64,000 nucleotides of DNA from an uncultured Rhodospirillaceae bacterium (GCA_913020445.1 CAJWAR010000009.1:23605-87604), one strand, 5' to 3'; counted from the stretch's first letter, positions 49,004-59,575 are shown. Notes: generated from the sequence alone by a model not told the origin. Translations and numbers: made by a program.

Positions 49004-50605
49004 ATGATTGTGTCTGATATTGATACAGAAAAGTTCCGGCTCAGACGGTTTGTCGAAAAACTCGATCAACTGGGAGAAGTCACGACGATAGAAGATCCCG
49101 TCGATCTGACCAATCTGGCCGCCGAAATTGAAGCCAACGAAAAAGCTGTTCTATTTAAATCAGTTGGCCCGGAGAAATTTGAACTGGTCGCCAATGTCAA
49201 TGGCAGCCGCAGCCGCTTGGCCGCTGCCTTGGATGTCGAAGAAAATGGCGGGATAGCCGAATTTCAACGCCGTCTCGACACGCCGCAGCCAATCGTCGAT
49301 GTCGCCCAAGGGGATGCACCGGTCCAGGCCGTTGTTCTCGAAGGCGATGATGCCGATCTCACCAAGTTGCCCTTTTATATCCAGCACGAGTTTGATGGCA
49401 GTGCATATCTGTCTTCCGGCATTGATTATTCGATCGATCCTGAAACCGGCACGACCAATGTCGGCTGCCGCCGGCTCAGCCTGCGCGACGCCAAGACAGC
49501 CGGCACCAATGTTACGGCACCCTCTGATCTAAAACGCATCTATCAAGGCTGCGTCGCTCGGGGTGAAAAGCTGCCCATCAGTTTTGCTGTCGGCTCACAC
49601 CCAATCGATTATATGGCAGCGGGCATGCGTATCCCGGCGGATGAAATCTCGCTCGTCAGCACGCTTCGCGGTGAGCCTCTACCGCTGGTTAAAAGTCTCA
49701 CCAATGATATTCGTGTTCCCGCCGATGCTGAAATGGTGATCGAAGGCTATTTCGATGAGCACGGCTATGTCGAACCGGATGGGCCTTACGGCGAATATGT
49801 CGGTTTTTATGGGCCGATGCATATGGACCCGGTCTTTCATGTTACCGCCATCACCATGCGCGAAGACATGCTGCATCAAAGCCTGCTGCATGGCTCGGGT
49901 CACCATATCCACCGGGCAGAGTCAGTGCAGTTACTGACCATCCGGCAGGAAGCTCATATCTACAAAACCCTCCGCATGATGGGGGTTGCGGTTGTTGACG
50001 TCTATGTGCCGCCGGGCTCTGCCGAAGGTCAAAACGTGCGCATCTCGATCAATCAAATGCGTCCGGGTCAGGCACGGAATTGCATCGCCGCGGTGTTTGG
50101 CGCGGTGTTTGGTGCCAAGCATGTTTTTATCACCGATGAGGACGTCAACATCAGAGACGAGCATAGCTTCGAATGGGCATTCGTTTCCCGCTTTCAAGCC
50201 GACCGCGACATGGTGATCTTCGAAGGCATGATGGGCATGCCAATGGACCCCTCTTTGGACGGCAAGGGTATCATCGGTGCTAAAGCCGGTTTTGATCTCA
50301 CCCTGCCCCTGCAAAGCCGTGGCAAGCTTTCCATGCGCGTCGCTTCTGCTCCTAAACTTGCGGGCACGGCGCGATATCAAACGGTGACGCAAGCCTTGGA
50401 AGAAAACAGCCCGATGTTTTTTTCCGAGATCGTCGATGCGCTCGGCAGCCGGGATGGCCGCGAAATCGCCGTTCAACTCGATGAATTGCGCGCCGAAGGA
50501 AAATTGATGCGGAATGCCGACGGTCAGTATCTGTTGGGCCAAGCCGAAAAAGGTACGACCGGCCTGCACGGTCCTCAACACGATGACCCGAACGCGCATA
50601 CCTAA
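49004..50605 (+). CDS. UbiD-family decarboxylase with C-terminal extension
   Basis: NVGCRR, PADAEMVIEG, DGPYGEY, RFQADRD, PMDPS; extra ~70 aa helical/wHTH-like tail. Confidence 0.88.
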   Translation: MIVSDIDTEKFRLRRFVEKLDQLGEVTTIEDPVDLTNLAAEIEANEKAVLFKSVGPEKFELVANVNGSRSRLAAALDVEENGGIAEFQRRLDTPQPIVDVAQGDAPVQAVVLEGDDADLTKLPFYIQHEFDGSAYLSSGIDYSIDPETGTTNVGCRRLSLRDAKTAGTNVTAPSDLKRIYQGCVARGEKLPISFAVGSHPIDYMAAGMRIPADEISLVSTLRGEPLPLVKSLTNDIRVPADAEMVIEGYFDEHGYVEPDGPYGEYVGFYGPMHMDPVFHVTAITMREDMLHQSLLHGSGHHIHRAESVQLLTIRQEAHIYKTLRMMGVAVVDVYVPPGSAEGQNVRISINQMRPGQARNCIAAVFGAVFGAKHVFITDEDVNIRDEHSFEWAFVSRFQADRDMVIFEGMMGMPMDPSLDGKGIIGAKAGFDLTLPLQSRGKLSMRVASAPKLAGTARYQTVTQALEENSPMFFSEIVDALGSRDGREIAVQLDELRAEGKLMRNADGQYLLGQAEKGTTGLHGPQHDDPNAHT

Positions 50606-50617
50606 GGGGGACTTACG

Positions 50618-51625
50618 GTGAAATTCGGCTTGTTTGGCGGTGCGGTTGCCCGGCGCGGTGAAGAAACCGCCGACAGTCAGGGCTATGGCGGGTTCATTGA
50701 TACAGTGGTCGAGGCGGAGCAGCTCGGCTTCGAAAGTATTTTCATTGTCGAGCATCATTTCTCCGGCGGCGGACAACTCTCATCATCGCTGAATTTACTT
50801 TCTTATCTCGCCGCCAAGACATCAACAATTAGGCTCGGCACCGCGGTCACTGTATTGCCCTGGCATAACCCGGTATTGATCGCCGAACAGGCTGCGACGG
50901 TGGACTTGCTGTCAGGTGGCCGGTTAGATTTTGGCGTCGGCAAAGGCTACCGCGACATCGAATTCCACGGCTTTGATATCCCCAAAGAAGAATCTCTCGC
51001 CCGCTATGAAGAATCCATCGACGTTATTGTCAAATCCTGGACGTCGGATGAACGCTTTGATCACGCCGGCAAATATTGGTCCTTCAATGATATTATCGTC
51101 GAGCCGCCGACCATTCAAAAACCTCATCCGCCGCTCTGGACCGCTGCCGGCACAGACGAGTCAATTGCGCGGGTGGCTGAATCTGGGATGAGCGTGATGT
51201 TCGACCATTTTGCCTCGTTTGAAAGGACCGAAGAACGGCTCAATGCGTGGCGGGATGCGTGCACGCGAATCGACCGCGTCTTTGATCCGCTGGAGGTTGC
51301 CTTAGCCCGCGGTGTGACCATTACCCTCACCGAAAAAGAATTTGAAGAAGCTACGGCGATCCGCGAAGAACGCGTCTCCAAAATATTTGATAAATTCGGC
51401 GCCTTACCGGGATTAGAGAAAAAACTGCCGGACCAGCCCGACAGCTACGCCAATCCGGATTTAGCCATTGATGATGCGGCCCTCTTGGGCACGCCGGACA
51501 TGATAATCGAACGCCTGCAAACCCTCAAAGATATGGGCTTTGAGCATATTCTGTTTCTATTACCGGATAGCATCGAAACGCTGCGCATTATCTCGAAAGA
51601 AATCATGCCGGCGTTTAAAAGTTAA
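50618..51625 (+). CDS. LLM-class flavin-dependent oxidoreductase
   Basis: VEHHF, IRLGTAV, AEQAATVDLLSGGRLDFGVGKG, QKPHPPLW. Confidence 0.9.
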   Translation: MKFGLFGGAVARRGEETADSQGYGGFIDTVVEAEQLGFESIFIVEHHFSGGGQLSSSLNLLSYLAAKTSTIRLGTAVTVLPWHNPVLIAEQAATVDLLSGGRLDFGVGKGYRDIEFHGFDIPKEESLARYEESIDVIVKSWTSDERFDHAGKYWSFNDIIVEPPTIQKPHPPLWTAAGTDESIARVAESGMSVMFDHFASFERTEERLNAWRDACTRIDRVFDPLEVALARGVTITLTEKEFEEATAIREERVSKIFDKFGALPGLEKKLPDQPDSYANPDLAIDDAALLGTPDMIIERLQTLKDMGFEHILFLLPDSIETLRIISKEIMPAFKS

Positions 51626-51628
51626 CAT

Positions 51629-51660
51629 TGTAATAAGTCGACCCGGGTCGCTTTATTACA
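51629..51660. terminator. Inverted repeat between convergent genes, probable bidirectional terminator
   Basis: TGTAATAA-GT-CGACCCGGGTCG-CT-TTATTACA. Confidence 0.55.
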
Positions 51661-51668
51661 TTACATAA

Positions 51669-52049
51669 CTATTCGAGTTCGTAAGCGCCGGCGGCAAAGC
51701 GGACCTTTAGATCGAACCCGCCTTCATTGATCTTCCACGGCCTGAGCGTATAAGTGCGAAAGCCGGACTGGTAGTATGGATCGGCATCGGCAATGGCGCG
51801 CGCTTCATCCACAGAGTCCGCTCTTATGGCGATCATTGAATTGCCGGTGGTTTCACCTTCAAGTGAGTGTAACGGACCGGCGGCAAAAATTTTGCCATCC
51901 TCTTCAAGTTTGGCGAGATAGGCAAAATGGGCGGCCCTTGCCTTGGTCTTGTCACCTTCCTGGTCGGTAAATTCAGTAAATATCACATATAGCCTCAGGC
52001 CAAGCGCGGGGTGGTTATCGTTATTGAGAATATCTTTTGAACTCACCAT
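51669..52049 (-). CDS. YciI-family protein
   Basis: AAHFAYL..GKIFAAGP, ADADPY, WKINEG; start at MVSSK with GGAG RBS. Confidence 0.8.
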   Translation of the reverse strand: MVSSKDILNNDNHPALGLRLYVIFTEFTDQEGDKTKARAAHFAYLAKLEEDGKIFAAGPLHSLEGETTGNSMIAIRADSVDEARAIADADPYYQSGFRTYTLRPWKINEGGFDLKVRFAAGAYELE

Positions 52050-52060
52050 TGGTATTACTC

Positions 52061-54052
52061 CTAACCAAACAACAGGGACGGATAAAAGAACAGATGCATT
52101 ATCTGATCGTAGAAGCCGTAAATAAAGGCCCAAGAAACTGCCGCATAACTGAGGCAAATCTTCCAGTTGTAATGACCCCAGCGCCACAAATAGATCGCGA
52201 CAAAGGCTGGTAGGGCGATGAACTGGCCGATCACAATGCTGGCCGCCAATATACCAATTAAATACGCGATAAAGCTGGTCGAGCGGCCGAAGTCGGCTTT
52301 CTCGAACGACGCCGAAACGGCAGCGCCAAGTCCTGAGGCCTCCCGCACGCTTTGGAGAACTTCTTTGAAGTCGGTGAAGATGATGAGAACAAGCAAGATC
52401 ATGGCCGTATAACTCACCACCAAGGGAAATTGTTGAGCTTCCGGCTCCCACCCTTGAGCTCCAATAGGGGCCGCAACGAAAATGCCCAAGAACAGCAGCG
52501 CTAATGGTAAGGATAGAATGGGGTTTTTGCCGGACCCCTCGCCCGCCACAACGGCATCTTCTTCTTTCGGCGTATTGTTCGATTTAATGACGCCCTTCAC
52601 GGCTAAGATCAGCGTTAACACAACCAAGGCAATAATCACCAGCACGATGGGCCGCCCGGTAATCCAGCTATAGCCTTCATATATCTGGGTAGAGAGCTGC
52701 AGGTTATCTTCCATCAATTTGCCCAGCACGATCGCCAGGATCAGCGGCGGTCGCGGCCAGCCGCCTTGCTTCATCCAATAACCGAGAAAACCAAAGGCGA
52801 TGCAGGAAATCCAGTCGCCCAATGCCGCGCTGGTGAGCCACGCCCCCATCAGGACAAAAACCGCGACACCCGGCACCAGCAGATGACCCGGCAGGAAGGA
52901 AACTTTGGCGACCTGCTTACTCCAGATCATTAACAGGCCGGCGGCGACCAGATTGGCGATCACAATATCCCAGACCATGGAGAACGTAAGCTCGATATGA
53001 TCGATCAGCATTTCAGGTCCCGGCCTTAGCCCCTTGATCACCAGCGCACCAAGTAATATCGCCGTTCCCAAACTGCCCGGGATACCAAAAGCAATCATCG
53101 GGATAAGCGCGCCTGCTTTGGTCGCATTATTGGCAGCTTCCGGTGCAATGACGCCCCGGATATCACCTTGGCCAAACAAAGTTTTGTCCTTGGCGCTTTG
53201 CACCGCATGGCCGTAAGCGATCCAGTCAACAATCGAGACACCGAGGCCCGGCAGCATGCCGATATAGGTGCCGAGCAGTGCACAACGAACGGTCAGCCAC
53301 CAATGCTTAAGCACATCGCGCACGCCGGCCATCAGTGTCGCGTCCTTTGCATCGCTCGCTTCAATGCGGGCAATCGACGTATTCCTGACCGCCATTTCCA
53401 ACAGTTCCGGCAAGGCGAACAGGCCCAGCACCACCGGGATGATCGGCAGGCTTTCGAGCAAATAATCATTTTCGAACGTATAGCGCGGAATGCCCGTTGA
53501 TGCGGCATAACCAATCGTTGTCAGCAGCAACCCCAAGGCAGCAACCGTCAGCCCTTTCAATATAGAGCCCCCGGCAAGGGCGCCAACCATGGTGAGGCCG
53601 AGCACGGCTAAAAAGAAAAACTCCGGTACGCCGAAAGCTAAAATCATCGGCAACAAGATCGGCAATGACGCTGCCATAATCAGCGCGCCTACAACGCCGC
53701 CAAATGCCGACACCGTAAAAGCTGCGCCAAATGCACGAGCGGCCTGACCTTTTTTGGCTAAGGGATAGCCATCAAGCACCGTCGCCTGAGAGGCCGATGT
53801 CCCAGGAATCCCCAACATGACGGAGGCAATTGTGTCGCTGGTCGACGTCACGGCATACATGCCCAGCAACAGCGCAAACGCCGGCACGGCATCCATTTCG
53901 AAGGTAAAGGGAAGCAATAGAACGAGACCGATAATACCGCCCAAACCGGGCACAGCGCCCATCCACATGCCAATCAAAATGCCCAACATCAGATAGCCTA
54001 TCGCCGGCCATTGAAAGACCAGCAACAGTCCGTTTAGCATCGATTCAAGCAT
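52061..54052 (-). CDS. Tripartite tricarboxylate transporter TctA fused to a C-terminal TctB-like domain
   Basis: GAVPGLG, IPGT, DGYP, PEAANNA, GIPGS, plus an extra ~150 aa 4-TM C-terminus. Confidence 0.88.
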   Translation of the reverse strand: MLESMLNGLLLVFQWPAIGYLMLGILIGMWMGAVPGLGGIIGLVLLLPFTFEMDAVPAFALLLGMYAVTSTSDTIASVMLGIPGTSASQATVLDGYPLAKKGQAARAFGAAFTVSAFGGVVGALIMAASLPILLPMILAFGVPEFFFLAVLGLTMVGALAGGSILKGLTVAALGLLLTTIGYAASTGIPRYTFENDYLLESLPIIPVVLGLFALPELLEMAVRNTSIARIEASDAKDATLMAGVRDVLKHWWLTVRCALLGTYIGMLPGLGVSIVDWIAYGHAVQSAKDKTLFGQGDIRGVIAPEAANNATKAGALIPMIAFGIPGSLGTAILLGALVIKGLRPGPEMLIDHIELTFSMVWDIVIANLVAAGLLMIWSKQVAKVSFLPGHLLVPGVAVFVLMGAWLTSAALGDWISCIAFGFLGYWMKQGGWPRPPLILAIVLGKLMEDNLQLSTQIYEGYSWITGRPIVLVIIALVVLTLILAVKGVIKSNNTPKEEDAVVAGEGSGKNPILSLPLALLFLGIFVAAPIGAQGWEPEAQQFPLVVSYTAMILLVLIIFTDFKEVLQSVREASGLGAAVSASFEKADFGRSTSFIAYLIGILAASIVIGQFIALPAFVAIYLWRWGHYNWKICLSYAAVSWAFIYGFYDQIMHLFFYPSLLFG

Positions 54053-54104
54053 GGGATTCCCGCAAAGAAATAGTGTTTTTTTATACTTATATTCTAAATA
54101 CCAA

Positions 54105-54138
54105 ACTGGCCGGCCCCGTCAACCGGGTACCGGCCAGT
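54105..54138 (-). terminator. GC-rich hairpin downstream of tctC (terminator or mRNA-stabilising stem)
   Basis: ACTGGCCGG...CCGGCCAGT inverted repeat between tctC and tctA. Confidence 0.55.
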
Positions 54139-54156
54139 CTAGTGTTCAATTATAGT

Positions 54157-55254
54157 TTATTTCTTCTTCTTTTTCTTTTTAATTCTATGTTTGGCGCCTT
54201 CAGCCAACCAAGCTGTCAGATAGTCACGATGAGCTTGTGAGGCATTCATCATGTTACCAACAATTTTGGCGCCCAGAGCTGGATTAACATAAGGCAGATT
54301 GTAACCGAACATTTTTTTCTGTTCTGCCAGATATTTCGGATCCTTCACCACTTTGGCATAAGCAGCACGAAGAATGTCGCGCTGTGCACTAGGAGTCTTC
54401 GGTGGCAAGAAAGCAGAATAGCTCATGGCATTCAAAGTAGACGTAGCCCACTGGAACACTTCCCATTGCTTACCGGAAGGCGCTTTACCATGCACTTTTT
54501 TGTAATAGTCTTCAAAGCTTGGCAGACCGCCAAAGAAGCTGCCGGCAAGACCGGTGTGACCTGGGAACGGCATGTAATAGAGCGGAACCGCTTTACCCGT
54601 TTTTACCAGAGGTTTCTCGGCGGAAAGGCGATAGAGGTTCAAACCGATGGTCTGAATATCAACTTCTCGGCGACGCATGGCATTGAGCACTTTCTTGGCG
54701 CCACCAAAGCCGGTGAGATATTTAAAATCAGCGCCCAGAATTTCCATGGTAAACCGGCCCAATAAGTCGAAACGGCCGGTTGGACCCTGGCCACCATATT
54801 TGGCGCCTTTAATACCTTTAAGATTGTAGGGATCTTTAATCTGATCTGTCGTGATGTAGATCAGTGCGGCGTTATAGAGCGAGCCAACAAACGGCATTTT
54901 GCTGTAGTCAGCTTTAAAGCCTTTACGTTTGGTCAACTGAGACACCGGATCATACGGCGTAAAAGTAATGGTCAATCCATCCGGTTTCGCTTTTTGATAA
55001 ATAAAGTTATAGGTCGGCGTACCTTTCATATTCCGGACAACAATTTTCGGATTGCCGGGAATATATTTTGTCCAATAGCGGGCAAATGCACGTGCTGTAG
55101 AATCGGCACCACTGCCTGGACCACGACCGACGATAACGCTTAAAGTTTTGCCCTTATAATAATCGGCAGCTTCAACGCTGGTTGGAATTGAATAACTGGT
55201 CGCCGCAGCAGCAATTGCAGCAGCTCCCAAAACGAAGTTTGTCTTAAATCCCAT
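54157..55254 (-). CDS. TctC/Bug-family substrate-binding protein
   Basis: Signal peptide, YYKGKT, PG.G.D..AR, IPGNP, KPDGLT; GGAGG RBS. Confidence 0.82.
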   Translation of the reverse strand: MGFKTNFVLGAAAIAAAATSYSIPTSVEAADYYKGKTLSVIVGRGPGSGADSTARAFARYWTKYIPGNPKIVVRNMKGTPTYNFIYQKAKPDGLTITFTPYDPVSQLTKRKGFKADYSKMPFVGSLYNAALIYITTDQIKDPYNLKGIKGAKYGGQGPTGRFDLLGRFTMEILGADFKYLTGFGGAKKVLNAMRRREVDIQTIGLNLYRLSAEKPLVKTGKAVPLYYMPFPGHTGLAGSFFGGLPSFEDYYKKVHGKAPSGKQWEVFQWATSTLNAMSYSAFLPPKTPSAQRDILRAAYAKVVKDPKYLAEQKKMFGYNLPYVNPALGAKIVGNMMNASQAHRDYLTAWLAEGAKHRIKKKKKKK

Positions 55255-55480
55255 ATTTAACTCCTCCCTAATAAATAATGGGTACAGGATGTTCAGAGAT
55301 TATCCCTGACTTTCCCGATCGTTTCTTTTTACGCTCAGCTTATTTACGTAGCTCAACGAAGTATTCTTATTTGAGGGTGAAATCATAAAATGAAAATCAT
55401 CCTTCTGTCTCGCACTAATTAGCAAAAAACTAAAGTTGGTTCAACAATTAAAATTAATATTTTAATTATTAAAACTGATT

Positions 55481-56257
55481 TTAGGTGAATGTTGGCGGCG
55501 GCGTAATATCCAGATTGGCACTGATCGCCTTTCCCGTCTTCACGACAAGCTTTGCACCATTTGATATCACATCATCAGTGACACGCGTTTCCGGGCCTCT
55601 CACAGCCACCGCGCCTAACGCAAATCCAGCTTTATCAAGAATGGGTGCCGCGATTGCATAGGTGCCTTTGGTTACTTCGCCGGTGCCGTGGGCATATCCA
55701 AGTTTACGCACTTTATCCAGCCGTTTGAGAAAATCCCCAGTGTCAGAAAAGCTTTGATCCGTGATTGGCTCAAATCCCACTTTGTCGAGAATGCGCTCAG
55801 TATCTTCAACCGGCCTGAAAGCAAGTAATACGGCGCCCGATGCGCCACCATAAATCGGCACCAGCTTACCGACGGGCGCAACCACACGGAGTTCGCGATC
55901 CGGATGAACGGCATCAATGCATATGCGTTGCGCTTCGCCTCGCGGTAAGATCAGGCAGGCGGTTTCTTGCGTTTCCTGGCACAGCTTTTCAAGATACGGG
56001 CGACTGATTTGACAAATTTCATTGGGCCATAAACTGAATATACCGGGGCCACGAACATAGTGCCGGCTTTCCGAATCCTGTTGGATAAAATTGGCGTTCC
56101 GTAAACTGGATAGCAATCTCAATGCTGTTGCTTTATCGAGTTCCATTTCGCGGGCAATTTCTGTTAGTCCAAGCGGCACATCGCTCTGACACACCATGGT
56201 CAAAAGCGCGATTGCACGTTCAACGGACCGATTGGTTTTTACGTATTGATTGGTCAA
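55481..56257 (-). CDS. IclR-family transcriptional regulator
   Basis: SVERA, LDKATALRLL, ETACL, GASG. Confidence 0.9.
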   Translation of the reverse strand: MTNQYVKTNRSVERAIALLTMVCQSDVPLGLTEIAREMELDKATALRLLSSLRNANFIQQDSESRHYVRGPGIFSLWPNEICQISRPYLEKLCQETQETACLILPRGEAQRICIDAVHPDRELRVVAPVGKLVPIYGGASGAVLLAFRPVEDTERILDKVGFEPITDQSFSDTGDFLKRLDKVRKLGYAHGTGEVTKGTYAIAAPILDKAGFALGAVAVRGPETRVTDDVISNGAKLVVKTGKAISANLDITPPPTFT

Positions 56258-56334
56258 ATAGCTTCACCTTGCAAAGTATCAAGATATAACCATAACCCGA
56301 TTGTTTTAATTATTAAAACTATTTTTGCAAGTTT

Positions 56335-57312
56335 TCACGTTCGTTCACCAAGCACGGCCTCTTCATCCTCGATGAACCAGGCCGGCGTCCGATAACCAGC
56401 TTTTTTGCGCTTTTGCATCAATGTCTTAAATATTTTAATGCGCTCTGGATCTCGGTTTTCTTTGTGCTGGTACGGGCAAACATCGACGCAAATATGGCAA
56501 TATTCATCGCGAAATCTTGAGGCTACAAAGCAAGCGGGAACATCGACTTGCCAGCGTTTAACACCTTCCGTGACAATGTAGTCATCGGCAGCTCGTATTG
56601 CGCCGGGGGGACAATTCTGTTCACATATGCGGCAATTTTCGCAGGTTTTCTGAACCCCAAAAATATAAGGTTTGTTCACAACCAGAGGGGCGTCGGTTAT
56701 GACAAATCCAGGCCGAAATCCAGCACCGAACTGAGGATGAATTAAGCTGCCATGTTTGCCCAATTCTCCCATACCTCCAGCTTGGAGGGCTGGAATGGCC
56801 TGGACATCACCGGTCCCGTTATGATCAGCGATGGCAGAAAAACCTAATTCCCGGATATAAGCAGCAAGCTGAGTAGAAATTCTGGCGCATTCAACATAGA
56901 CTTCAAACGCCTCCTTTTCGATCGCAAGAGCCCCTTCCAGCACTTTCGCATAGTCCTCCGCGACAATAACAGAAATTATATAGCGCTGATCAAACTCGAA
57001 ACCGATGTTGATCATTATTGGGGTTAATTCAGCAATGCCGACATCGCTGGCACCGAGTTCCAAGCCTTTTTGCTTGATGAGTGACGTTAGATGCTTTGGA
57101 TCATTGCCTTCTGCTTGTTCAATATTAACCTGGCCATCACGATCCGACGCATAAGCGATCCAGCGCTGCATACACTCATGCAGGTCAAATTTTTCATTTT
57201 GCGGACGATCTTTGCGGAAAAGTGGGACCTCCGAAAAGCCTTTTTGCCTGGCTATTTCCTGGACCAGCGGATCATCCGGCCCGCCACGTCGATATTGAGA
57301 AATTCCCTTCAT
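56335..57312 (-). CDS. Reductive dehalogenase/QueG-like 2x[4Fe-4S] protein
   Basis: LGASDVGI, GMGELGKHG..GFR..VITDAPL, CENCRICEQNCP, C..CHICVDVCP. Confidence 0.7.
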   Translation of the reverse strand: MKGISQYRRGGPDDPLVQEIARQKGFSEVPLFRKDRPQNEKFDLHECMQRWIAYASDRDGQVNIEQAEGNDPKHLTSLIKQKGLELGASDVGIAELTPIMINIGFEFDQRYIISVIVAEDYAKVLEGALAIEKEAFEVYVECARISTQLAAYIRELGFSAIADHNGTGDVQAIPALQAGGMGELGKHGSLIHPQFGAGFRPGFVITDAPLVVNKPYIFGVQKTCENCRICEQNCPPGAIRAADDYIVTEGVKRWQVDVPACFVASRFRDEYCHICVDVCPYQHKENRDPERIKIFKTLMQKRKKAGYRTPAWFIEDEEAVLGERT

Positions 57313-57321
57313 GCTTCATCC

Positions 57322-59397
57322 CTATCTTGTCAGCAGTGGCAAACGAATTTTAAACGCTGCCCCTTGCGTTTGTGACGGCTCACACCATATCTCTCCGCCA
57401 AATTCATTGATGATCGAACGGCAAATCGGCAAACCTAAACCCAGTCCGGATTTTTTGGATGAAATATAGGGCTCGAATAGTTGCTCCTTAAGTTCCGGGT
57501 CGATGCCCGAACCATTATCGAGAATTTCGATTAATAAAGTATTTTCTTCCAATGCCGTTTTTACAGTTAGCTCACCTGCACCAGGTTCCGAAGAATTCAT
57601 CGCATCAACACTATTTCGAGCCAGGTTTAAAATAACCTGTTGGATCAATATCGGATCACCATGGATAATTGGATGGTTCGAAGCTAAATCAAATTTCAAG
57701 GCCACCTGTTTCAGATCAAAATCCGATTTCAGCAATTTCATTGCCGTGTGAATGGAATCGTTGATATCGATGTCTTCCAATTTACTATCTTCGCGGCGCA
57801 CAAAATCGCGCAATCGCCGAATAACATTACCAGCGCGGATAGCCTGTTCAGAGGCTTTCTCCAGGGCATCAATAATGGCTTTCGATGCATGTTCATCTGA
57901 TATTAGACGACGTAAACTACCATCTATATACGCCGTGATGGCCGCTAGGGGCTGATTAAGCTCATGCGCAATGCCGGTTGCCATCTCACCCATCGTTGCG
58001 ACCCGGGATACATGCGCCAGTTGCTCTTGATGCAGACGCGATTGCTCTTCGGTCAATACTCGAGTTGTGATGTCCTTAGCGGAGCCGGTCGTTCCAAGAA
58101 CACCGCCTTGATCATCGCGCTCGACAACAGCATTGAAGCTTAGATAAACCGGTGAGCCATCTTTTCTAAGATGAACGGACTCAAGATCAAAATAATCTGT
58201 GCCTTTCTTAATTTCAGCAAAAATGGCCATATCTTTCTCAGCCTGTTCAGCTGTCATAAAATGGGTAAAAGGTTTTCCAATCATCTCGTCAGGTTCGTAG
58301 CCATGCGTAATTCTGGAAGCTTCATTGACGAAGGTAAAATTTCCGTTGGTATCAACCGACCAAATTAGATCATGGGATGTTTCGACTAACTTTCGATATT
58401 TCTCTTCACTATCCTTAAGTTTAAGCTCAACGTCTTTGCGCGCTGATATGTCCTGTATCTGGGCGATAAAATATAGCGGGTTGCCATTGGTATCCCTGAC
58501 AATGGCTCGTGACATTAACCCCCAAACAATATGACCATCTTTATGAATATATCGCTTCTCAACCACTGAAACGCGCGTATCGCCGCCAACGAGATTCTGG
58601 CGAGCTTCCGCAGTACTAGGGATGTCCTCAGGATGAGTTACATCGGCGACAGTTTTAGTGAGAATTTCTTCTTCACCATACCCCATCATTTTGCACCAGG
58701 CCGGATTAACCGACCGAAATCTGCCGTCCAGCTCGGTAACAGTCATGCCGATTGAGGCGCTTTCAAAAGATTTCCGAAATCTCTCTTCACTTTCTAGTAA
58801 AGATGCATAAACACGTTGACGCTCCGAAATATCTCGGACTACAGCCAGAATATTTATTTCGTCGCCAAAATTTAGTATGCTTACGCGCGCTTCAACCGGG
58901 AAGATGGTGCCATCTTTTCGGCGATGCCTGCCTTCAAGTGTCATCGGCCTTCCGAGGACTAACTCATCCCAATATTTCGCTAGCCGCTCAGGGTCGTAAT
59001 TCGATTCGATATCATTTACATGCAAAGCTAACAACTCTTCGCGCGTATAGCCGAGCGATTGACACGCTGCATCGTTCACGTCGACTATTTTACCGCTGCG
59101 GTCATGAATGAAAAAAGCATCGCCAGCGCTTTCGATAACTGTTTCAAGTTCTTTTTCAATACGGCCCAATTTTACGACGAGCGTTATAAGAAAATAAATT
59201 GTTGGCGGTGCGAGAAAGGCCGGAATAAAAAACGAAAGATAGAGAGCTGGAAACAGACTGTGATCAAAAACTAAGGTGTCTAAATAGGCGATCGCAACGG
59301 AAACCGATATGATCGGGATGGTGACAACCAACGTCACCAATATCTTGCCATATTTATTGATAACTCGGAGCGACCAATTGACCACTAGTATTCCCAC
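57322..59397 (-). CDS. Membrane-anchored triple-PAS sensor histidine kinase (FixL/NtrB-like kinase core)
   Basis: Two N-terminal TMs, three PAS-PAC repeats, IAHELNQPL, NLARNS, DNGSG, GLGLGL. Confidence 0.92.
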   Translation of the reverse strand: MGILVVNWSLRVINKYGKILVTLVVTIPIISVSVAIAYLDTLVFDHSLFPALYLSFFIPAFLAPPTIYFLITLVVKLGRIEKELETVIESAGDAFFIHDRSGKIVDVNDAACQSLGYTREELLALHVNDIESNYDPERLAKYWDELVLGRPMTLEGRHRRKDGTIFPVEARVSILNFGDEINILAVVRDISERQRVYASLLESEERFRKSFESASIGMTVTELDGRFRSVNPAWCKMMGYGEEEILTKTVADVTHPEDIPSTAEARQNLVGGDTRVSVVEKRYIHKDGHIVWGLMSRAIVRDTNGNPLYFIAQIQDISARKDVELKLKDSEEKYRKLVETSHDLIWSVDTNGNFTFVNEASRITHGYEPDEMIGKPFTHFMTAEQAEKDMAIFAEIKKGTDYFDLESVHLRKDGSPVYLSFNAVVERDDQGGVLGTTGSAKDITTRVLTEEQSRLHQEQLAHVSRVATMGEMATGIAHELNQPLAAITAYIDGSLRRLISDEHASKAIIDALEKASEQAIRAGNVIRRLRDFVRREDSKLEDIDINDSIHTAMKLLKSDFDLKQVALKFDLASNHPIIHGDPILIQQVILNLARNSVDAMNSSEPGAGELTVKTALEENTLLIEILDNGSGIDPELKEQLFEPYISSKKSGLGLGLPICRSIINEFGGEIWCEPSQTQGAAFKIRLPLLTR

Positions 59398-59575
59398 TTC
59401 AAAATATTAGTTCCCTCTAACTTAGATGAAATCTATAGCCTTACGAAAGCAGAATAAATATCAGACTGCCATAATCAGAACATTCCCCTACTGAATATCG
59501 ACTCGTCGTCGATCTATTAAAGCCAATTCAAAAAACTTCGCTAAAAGGAATTCGAAAATTATTTCGCGTTTTCTC

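Noticed and set aside
49931-50776. 281 aa antisense ORF and other shadow ORFs (e.g. 46062-46667, 48032-48679, 33950-34555)
   Set aside because: They lie opposite well-supported genes and carry no recognisable motifs
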